Source: Chrysomallon squamiferum (lineage: Eukaryota; Animalia; Mollusca). Taken from it: a stretch of 64,000 nucleotides of DNA. The translations under genes were made by a program, and so were the position numbers. Numbering within the stretch: the stretch's first letter is position 1; each line of letters opens with the position of its first letter. Shown in pieces: positions 41,647 through 64,000 of this stretch. The stretch lies in assembly GCA_012295275.1 (NCBI GenBank), contig CM022670.1, positions 10,044,001 to 10,108,000 on the forward strand. Reading direction: 5' to 3'. The notes under the pieces were generated by a model. That model was given only the letters and a program-made list of their open reading frames with translations. It was not told where the DNA came from and did no database searches.

Positions 41647-42130
41647 TATTATTATTTAATTTTTAATTTAATCTCTGAAAAGAGCTAAAACATCGGTTTT
41701 CTTCTCCACTGATAACTATGACCAATCTCGCATATTACCGAATTTTCTCAAATGTTTGAAGTCACCGATTTACTTGAATCAACATTTCCCTGTTCACTTT
41801 TAAAAATGTTCTTAACTAGATTTGTGAGTGAATAATTTAAGACTTATTTACATAGTTACCAAGAAAGATTACACTGAAACGTATACAAAAGATATATATA
41901 TATAATTTAATGGGGAAAATTAGGCATATTCAAAAAATTAATTTCTGGCTGCAGATGATATAGCTTGATACCAGCAAATTCGGTTTAAGAATAAATAAAT
42001 AAATAATGTTTTGACAGCTATTACGTTTTCGTTCAGTTTTGTTTATTTTGCTTTTCTTTTCTATTCTTTTCTTCTTTTTTTTTTTTAAATATTTATTTAG
42101 CTCTTATTCATAGTAAAAACCTAAAATTAT

Positions 42131-46009
<3,879 letters not shown>

Positions 46010-46661
46010 GATTTAATAAAACGAACTAAAATGAAGAAAACACTTTTCAAAATGTTATTTTTGTAGTGCTCCTGTGATCGTTTCCTTCTTTAATATTCAA
46101 CGCTGACAGGTAAACATTACCATGTTTTGAGAGCAACAATTACGACATTAATGAATAGAGCCGCTGTGATACTGAGATTCGATTGGGTATCTCGCACCGG
46201 TATCTAATGTCAATAATAACAAATACCGCTAGACTGGCGTTGCTATTGTTATTATTATCGATACCAGTACACCAAAGTTAGGCGGAAATTACCGAAGTAT
46301 CTTTTCGTTACGGTGACTTCGGCCTTTTATTTCTCGTAACGTAATATTGCTCGTTAATAAATAATTTCAGTTAGGCGAAAATCGTTCTTGTGCGAAGAGT
46401 TTTATGTTTATAACGATTGTAACACGTAACCGTTATTTTAAAACAATGAAACAATGAACAACATAAATTGTGAAGAAATAAACGATTCACTGCATAAAAT
46501 GAAATCACCTGCTGGTTGAATAAATGAGAAAAATAATTCAATCTTATGTAAAAGATGAAAATAGTATTTGTAATGCTGTAAATAAATTTATAGGTTAAAA
46601 ATTTACTATTAAAATTTCAGTATTATTTTCACCACTAATAATACGTATATTATTATGATGA

Positions 46662-46693
<32 letters not shown>

Positions 46694-46734
46694 AATATCT
46701 CAAACAAACAAAATACTGGCCAATGCTTGGGCAT

Positions 46735-46781
<47 letters not shown>

Positions 46782-46815
46782 ATCATCCACCACAGTATTA
46801 TATGAAAACAAATTA

Positions 46816-46856
<41 letters not shown>

Positions 46857-47046
46857 TTATCTCTCATGCCTAATTTATTGTTCTTCTGTAGCAAATATAA
46901 CACATGCACATACACAACCACATAATTAATTTTACTGCTACTGCTTCATACTTTCATGCTTTAACAATCAGTTCTTTATAACTAACAGTCTAAGAAAAGT
47001 CGATTCAACTGCTGAGTAAAGTTGAAAAAGATGAAAAAGTAATCCT

Positions 47047-47051
<5 letters not shown>

Positions 47052-47105
<54 letters not shown>
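47052..47105. repeat. (TC)n microsatellite
   Basis: Direct reading. Confidence 0.95.
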
Positions 47106-47108
<3 letters not shown>

Positions 47109-47140
47109 CCTACGTTGATGTGCATGTACTTGCCTATATG

Positions 47141-47187
47141 CAGTGGCGTGCAGAGGTGGAGCGTCAAGAGACCTCTGCACGCTACTG
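47141..47187. mobile_element. Collapsed hAT-like mini-MITE (TIR-only remnant)
   Basis: 17-bp inverted repeats CAGTGGCGTGCAGAGGT / ACCTCTGCACGCTACTG (one G-T mismatch) around a 13-bp core, flanked by a degenerate 8-bp duplication cctatatg / cctctata (6 of 8 match). Confidence 0.55.
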
Positions 47188-48881
47188 CCTCTATATAGGT
47201 ATATCTATCTTACTCTGTTTCTCAAACGTTTAATATCAAATGATTATTTTTTTTTTGGTCTGTCGTTTTGTAAAATGTTTTGTTCAAGTTCACTGGGTAA
47301 GCTCTGAAATACACAGATAAACAAAGGACCCGTCGAAGCAAACATTTCGAATTAAAATTTAGATCTAAATCTAAATAAACATTTCATACTTAATTAATTT
47401 CGTCACTCATAAATACTATAAATAATAAATGAAAGTTTAAAAATTTAAAAAGTAACGATCTTTTCCAAACATGTTTTTTTTTCAAACATAATAACTACCA
47501 ACCGTTCAGAAGAGATATTTATGCCATCAAGTCCTTTTATTCTTCTGTTTGCTAAAATATATTTGATAAAATAATCAAATGACCGAAATTATGAAACCTG
47601 AGTGGGGTGGGTGACATTAGTCATTTTATCTTCAAAATTCCTCCTCCTTCTTCTTCTTGTTTTTAAATTACCCCCACCCCTAGAAACTCGCCTGCATTAC
47701 GCAGACGTTCGTGAGTTGACGGGATTGTTTCTGATGTCACATATGACGAGTAACGAACAGTTACCTGATTTCGTTTTACTACTTTCTCGTCTGTATATTT
47801 CAAATGTGTAAATTATTGTTTTTTAAGAAAAAATACATTATCTTTATTTTCTAACAAATAGGATATAAAAAGATAAATAAATAAAGTGATAAATATTTGA
47901 AATGTGAAGGTCAAAAGTGACGGGAAATAGACAACGATGACGTAATCTGTCATGCTGGATACATATATTTCCTCAACAATTCCGGAAGAATTAATAAGAT
48001 AAATATTATAACTTTAAGTTAATAATTATTAGTTACGTGTGCATGTGTGCGTATTTGAGTGAACATAATGAATCAGTAACGCGCTGGCTTCCATAATGAA
48101 TAGTATAATTATATCAAATTAATGCCACCATTCATTAAAAATAATTAAAACTTATGTATACTTTTAAGTCATATATATTTATCAAACAACTGTGATACTT
48201 TTTAGTAATACCTACAGTATATTGCTGAAATTTGAAAAAATAAAATGAAATAATGATAACAGTGATATAAATAAATAAATAAATATATAAATTTTTATAA
48301 AAATCAAATTTCATATTTTGTTCTCCAGGCCTTCAGGATAAATTTAAAAAAAAATATATAACAAAATAATAATAAATAAATAAAATGAGTATTTAACCAA
48401 TTTTAAATATATCTCTCGTGTTATGGATTTTAATAATTTTTGCTCGCTTCTAATATAAGGGGAAATGATTATTTTGCAATCACTACAAATATTAAAATTT
48501 AAGAATGACTGATCACTTATATCATTTTAAATGTAAGTGACATATTTTTTATTTTTTATTTTTTTTTATCGAATTATAAGCCAGTGCAGTCCATGTACTC
48601 TGATTATAACACTCACTAGTTAAGTTGTTAATGTGCTAGCCAGACCAAACAGTCACGAAATTCGGCTTGGTCGGTCGCAAACAGTTTGACAGAAATCAAG
48701 GTCATTTGCCACGTCTGTTGCATAAAGTCAAGAGGTTAAACTGTAAAAAGAATTGTCACTAAGATAATGATAACAAATGCCAAAATGTGAATAAAGACTT
48801 AATTGCAACCTAACGTTAAGGAAGGAAGACAATATTACAGAATAATGCTTGTTTGGTCCAGCTTTTTTTTTTTTTTTTTAG

Positions 48882-49080
48882 GAAAGGTCCACTCAGACTG
48901 CAATCAATACAGCCGCTGCTTCGAAACAGTCATCTTAATCACTGTGTACTTAAGAACTTAGCAAGAGAAGTAAACATTAGAGATATGATAAAAAAGATCA
49001 AATTCGCCGGTTTCCAGGTTGTATATGTGGGTCACAGAGATTGTGAAAGAAGAGGAGACTTGATATTTTTATAGTCAAAG
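48882..49080 (+). other. Possible 5' UTR exon of the GCKR-like gene
   Basis: Poly-T tract plus ag at 48880-48881 and an aag|gtaata donor at 49081. The first coding exon is itself preceded by an acceptor (tttcag at 49913-49918). Confidence 0.3.
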
Positions 49081-49735
49081 GTAATACTGCTCAGGTTATT
49101 CATAAAATTAATTACTAAAAACACTGTATTTAATAGGTATAAGTTATGTTTGTTTTAAATGTATAAGGTACAGTATAAATTTGAATCATATTTATGTACA
49201 ACTGGTTTGTGAGAAAACTTATTGTAGGCAACTAATATGTCATATTAAATGCGCCAGAGTTGATTTGCTCAGAATAATAATAAAAAATAAATGTCGTCAG
49301 TTCTCTTTCAAAAGATCGTAATTAATTGCGTATTAACCTAAATCCGCCATAACTTATACTGTCGTATTATACCACTGCGTGTGTGAGTCATGTGGTTTAT
49401 TCTATTTAAATTTAAAGATACAGTATCCTGTTTTTAATTTCTGGAGAAAATTTTAAATTAATGTTTATTAGTAATTTGACCATCTGCTGACCTGAACAGT
49501 GACCCAGTGATTCTATAACCACTAAAAAGTTATTCTGGCGGGAAAGTTTAGTAGCTTTGTTTTGAAAGAACGGTGACCATAATTATATATATATTTTTTA
49601 ATCAGTGATAACAAATTTCTGTATAATTTTTTAATGTTAAGTTTTAAAACCCAATAAAATATTATTTCTTTAGATTTTAAAATTATTTTAATTTTACTCT
49701 TTGATTTTATTTATTTATTTATTTATTTATTATTA

Positions 49736-49775
<40 letters not shown>

Positions 49776-49930
49776 ATATGTCTAACTTATATTTACTGAT
49801 TGATTGACTGATTTGTTGATTTAATTGTGATTATTAGTGTTGTTTTTGCTGTTGTTGTGAAGTTAATAATTATAATAATGGCAAAAAGAGAGAGAATGTT
49901 ACTTTTAAAAAATTTCAGACTAATCAAACG

Positions 49931-59783
<9,853 letters not shown>

Positions 59784-61278
59784 CACTTCAGTACTTCTAA
59801 ACAAACAGTGACAAACAAAAATAGAAATAACTAATTTGAAGAAGAACTGATCAGACAGTGAACAATATAAAGGGGAAAAAAAAAAGAAGTGAAATTATGT
59901 TTTAATTTTAAAATAAGAAATACAACAACAGAAAAACTGAGATTTTTGTCCTCTTCCTTTCTAGCTTTAAGACAAAGAATTGCCAGTTTCTCTACTAATT
60001 ATCACAGTGGAATGTTATTATTATTATTTTGTTTATATATAGACACACACAGACAATCAAACTTTGATAAGTCGTGATGGAGTATTCAAATTTCAAACAG
60101 TTACTGCAGTTCAGATGGACAAATAGAGTACATTTCACATTTCTAAAGACGCTATTTGCTAAAACAAAAAATAAATAAGAGACACAACTCAAATGAATTT
60201 TACATTAATATGTGCACTCACATGTGTACATGTATGAAAATGTGCTTGTTAAATATAAATGTTCTCATATTACCAAAAATATTAATTAAAACATATATAT
60301 ATATATATATGGTCAAACCTATCTATAGTAGCCACTCAAAAGTGATTCATAAAAAAAGATTAACTGTCCATAATAGACAGGAGGCTGTCAGAGAAGGTTT
60401 GACTATAATCTATGATTCCAGAATCATAACAAATCCATTTAAAACAAAATATATATAGAACAGTATATCTTAATATGAAATAATAGGCATCCTGTTTTAA
60501 ATACAGTTAGTAAAAACAACAAACAAACAAAAGGTTGAGTTTAGTTTATTGGTTTAACAGAATGTATTATATGTACAACATTAGTATTAAGCTATCCCTA
60601 CCCCCCAAAAAAATAAAAAAATTGTTTAACAAAATATAAATATTTCGACAATGCAACTTGGAAGAATAATGCAGTAACTCTAAAAGCACAGTATAAAATA
60701 AAAAAAAGGATTTGTTTTTTTATCAATACAAGTAAGTACTGAAGGCTATTTGTCATGTTCGTACAATATACAGCATAGTGTGTGTGTGTGTGTGTGCGTG
60801 TGCGTGTGCGTGTGTACATGAGTGTACACTTACCCTTGCTAGTTTTTATAATTATCTGCATAATCTACTGAAATGTAATACACACAGCTCTGTACTAGGA
60901 CATGATTTCAGAATTAATAAAATGCTGTATTAAATTTGTAGATTTAATAATGAATATATTAAAACTTTAATATAAAATTTGAAAATAAATAAATAAATAA
61001 ATAAATAAATATATTTTTTAAATAAATCTTTTTTGTTTAATTAAGTAATTTATTTATATCTATTGTTATATTTTATTATTTTCATAATTTAATATTCTTT
61101 CATTTATTTAATAAAACTGCATAAATTATGACAGGTTTCTGTAAGCTAAAAACAAGACACTTTAATGTAAAACATCAATATATCTAAATTTTTTGATAGA
61201 TTTAAAATTTTCGTAAGTTAATCAGAATGTAATAATATAAACTGCATCATTAAGAACATAATTAAAACCATGGAATTA

Positions 61279-61332
<54 letters not shown>

Positions 61333-61489
61333 CTGTGCAAAATACATATTATTTTAGATCACTGAGATGCTTAAATATACTTATTAATTCAGCAATTGAT
61401 GATTATGACATGAAATAATTTTAATAAAAATAAATTGTAAGTTTGTATGAAAAAAAAAAACGAAGATAAATTTGGAATGTAAATCGAAC

Positions 61490-61626
61490 AAAATAGTCTT
61501 AGGAATAAGTGTAAAGTAAAAATAGTCTATTTGGACTGTGCATTAAAAAAATAAAATCAAAATCAAAATAGTCTATTTGGACTGAGTGTAAAAATCAAAA
61601 TAGTCTATTTGGAATGAATGTAAAAT
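61490..61626. repeat. Short minisatellite (units of about 30-45 bp, core aaaatagtctatttgga)
   Basis: Core repeated at about 61519, 61566 and 61597, with a degenerate copy at 61490. Confidence 0.75.
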
Positions 61627-64000
61627 TAGAACAACAGTCTCAGTTTTGAATCTATAGTCATTGTTTTTATAATCATTTGATATTTAAACACGTCCTGCAT
61701 GATATTCGTAGCAAAACATAATAACTAACTTTCATTAATTATGCAGTTTCTATCCTTGAGCTTAATGTTTTTTTGTTGTTTCTTTTACCTCATCAACCAT
61801 ACTCTACAACTGGGAAATTAAACATTCAATGCATCATTAAAACAGATAAGCTGCACACTGAGGTGCAATTATTTAATACTATCATGAATGCTAAAAAAAA
61901 ATATATATATAATATGTCTGTCAGTATAGATTTTCCAGTGTAGAGTAATTATGAAATATTATGCAGTGTACTGGGTTTTTATCATTTTGTTTCGAAGAAC
62001 TGAGCAATAATTCAGAATTTAGGAAGTAATGAAATCATTGGAGTGATCATGCTTTGAGCATTATTTTATCAAACAATCTAAACAATTTTTTTTTTTAACT
62101 TTTTATCATTTTGTTCAGCTAATGATTTTTGATTTAACTTGATAAAAAACTGTTTTATTCTTTTATTTACTCTTTTTTGATTTACCTTCACAAAAAACTT
62201 TTATCTTCAAATATGTTTCAAAACCACAACTTATACATCATTATAAATATTATACATATTAACAATTTTTTAAATGCTAAAATTGTACTACTAAAATATA
62301 TTTATTTTTTAAATAAATTTTTTAAGTTCTCTTGAAGATAAATATTTATTATAAAGAAATTTTTTTAAAAATAATCAATAGATATCTTATTAGCATATTA
62401 ATATTTCCATAACTGTGATTCTTAATAATATGATTTACAAGCAAAAGTATATACAGAAATAAATATTTAAAAAAACCCCCCAAAATTGGAATTAATAATA
62501 ATATGATAATATAAAATATAAGTTTGCATTAAAAGCTAAATATTTACATTAACAATATTAAAAAAGTGGTAAATAACAAACAAAAGCAATTTAAAAAAAA
62601 AAAAAAAAAATTAATTAAAAAAAAATTAAAACTGGAATTTTATCATATCACACAATTAAAGCAAGGGTAGTGAACCATTTAGGAAACAAAAGAGGAGATA
62701 ATTATATCAAAATATTTTTTCCCCCTCTTACCAGCTCATTATTAAATTCAAAAATAGAATTTGTTCAAATTCAATAGATAACCCGAGAAAAAACTGATAA
62801 AAGCATATTTTAGTCATTTTGCTGTACAAAAGCAACAGTATTGTTTGACTGGTCTCTTGGATGTTATGTAACACCACATAGGTTCACCATCCCTGACTCA
62901 ACATAATTTTGTAAAAAAACCAAAAGAACAGGAAAAAACAAAAGAAGAATACAAAAGAACTACAGATATTTAAACACTCAAATTACAAAAGAACAATAAG
63001 AAATAATTGTATATATACTACAAACATTATTCTCAACAAAAAAAGGATCTTTAAGAAAAAAACATGTAAGTTTATAGACTTTTCAGCACTGAAGCTTTAA
63101 GCAGTAATCGATCATTTTAAATATGGATTTGATCACCAACAATAACAACAAAAAAAAACTATGTAAGAACTATTTGTACTTTAAATATTATCATTCACCA
63201 AATAAAACATATGTACTTCAAAAACAAATAAAATTACTAATAATCACGAAAATACAATAAAATGAAATTCTGTTTGCCGATTTCATAAGAAATGAATGAA
63301 TCAAGAATTTAAAAACAAAATCCTTTTTGCTTTGTGAATGCTACACTCATAATCATTGCACTATACAGATATACACTAATTTCAACTACCACAGGGATAT
63401 TTAAAAAAAAAAAAAAAAAAACCATCAGAAACATCTGTGGCAGAATTTACCAAGCATGTACGTTCCAAAGACTGGTTTTATTTCTGATTTCAAAATGATT
63501 TGCAAAATAAAAAAAAGATAGTAAATATATGTTTTAGTTCTTTTATTGTTGTTTTTATTGCTGAAATACAAACTACACAACAAGGAGATTATAAAAAATT
63601 AAAAAATGTAAATTTTCATTGCTTATTACCGTAGGTCTAGTATGCAATAATAAATCAGCATTCTGGCTGATTTTCAAAATGTCTCTACTATTCTGGATTA
63701 CAGTAAAATGAAATCAACACTGCTAAGAATCCTAAATTATTATAATTTAGTAATTATAAAGTATGCAATAAAATTGCAAAAAAACAAAAAAACAAAAACA
63801 TTTTTTTTTTTTTTTTTATAAATAAATAATTAAATAAAAAAAAAAAGATAAAAAAAAAGTAAAAAATGATCTAAAAGAATTAATCTCAATTAAAAACTGT
63901 AAGTTCGTATAGTTAATAAACTCAACACAATTTTTTTATTAAAATAAGCAACTAAGAATAAAAACTGTGAGAAGTATATTAAGTTAAAGGTATTGGATTT

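Noticed and set aside
46239-46252. X-box upstream of STMND1 (GTTGCTATTGTTAT)
   Set aside because: Only one half-site matches, which is too weak to call.
61490-61626. Repeat-spacer-like array resembling CRISPR
   Set aside because: Eukaryotic context, the spacers resemble each other, and there are no cas genes; it is a minisatellite.
59784-64000. Additional gene at the right end of the window
   Set aside because: No coding exons recognised; it may be UTR or intergenic sequence.

Overview
Very AT-rich, intron-containing animal genomic DNA. It looks invertebrate, possibly mollusc-like, but the taxon cannot be fixed from sequence alone. By manual GT-AG splicing with phase checks I reconstructed five protein-coding genes. 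(1) OSBPL9/ORP9 on the minus strand: 15 exons visible, running off the left edge. (2) DEPDC1 on the plus strand: 12 exons, about 810 aa, head-to-head with OSBPL9 across only 173 bp between start codons. (3) A syntaxin-7/12 gene on the plus strand with two duplicated, alternative terminal exons encoding different transmembrane anchors. (4) An STMND1-like stathmin-domain gene on the minus strand: 3 exons, about 324 aa. (5) A GCKR/GKRP-like gene on the plus strand: 17 exons, about 584 aa, which keeps bacterial MurQ etherase catalytic motifs such as DASECPPTFG. Most ORFs in the supplied track are microsatellite or low-complexity artefacts, or exon fragments read into introns. The most notable observations are the switchable SNARE membrane anchor, the possibly catalytic GKRP, the compact CCAAT/CHR bidirectional promoter, a symmetric 891-nt DEPDC1 cassette exon, and several intronic hairpins and cryptic exons.
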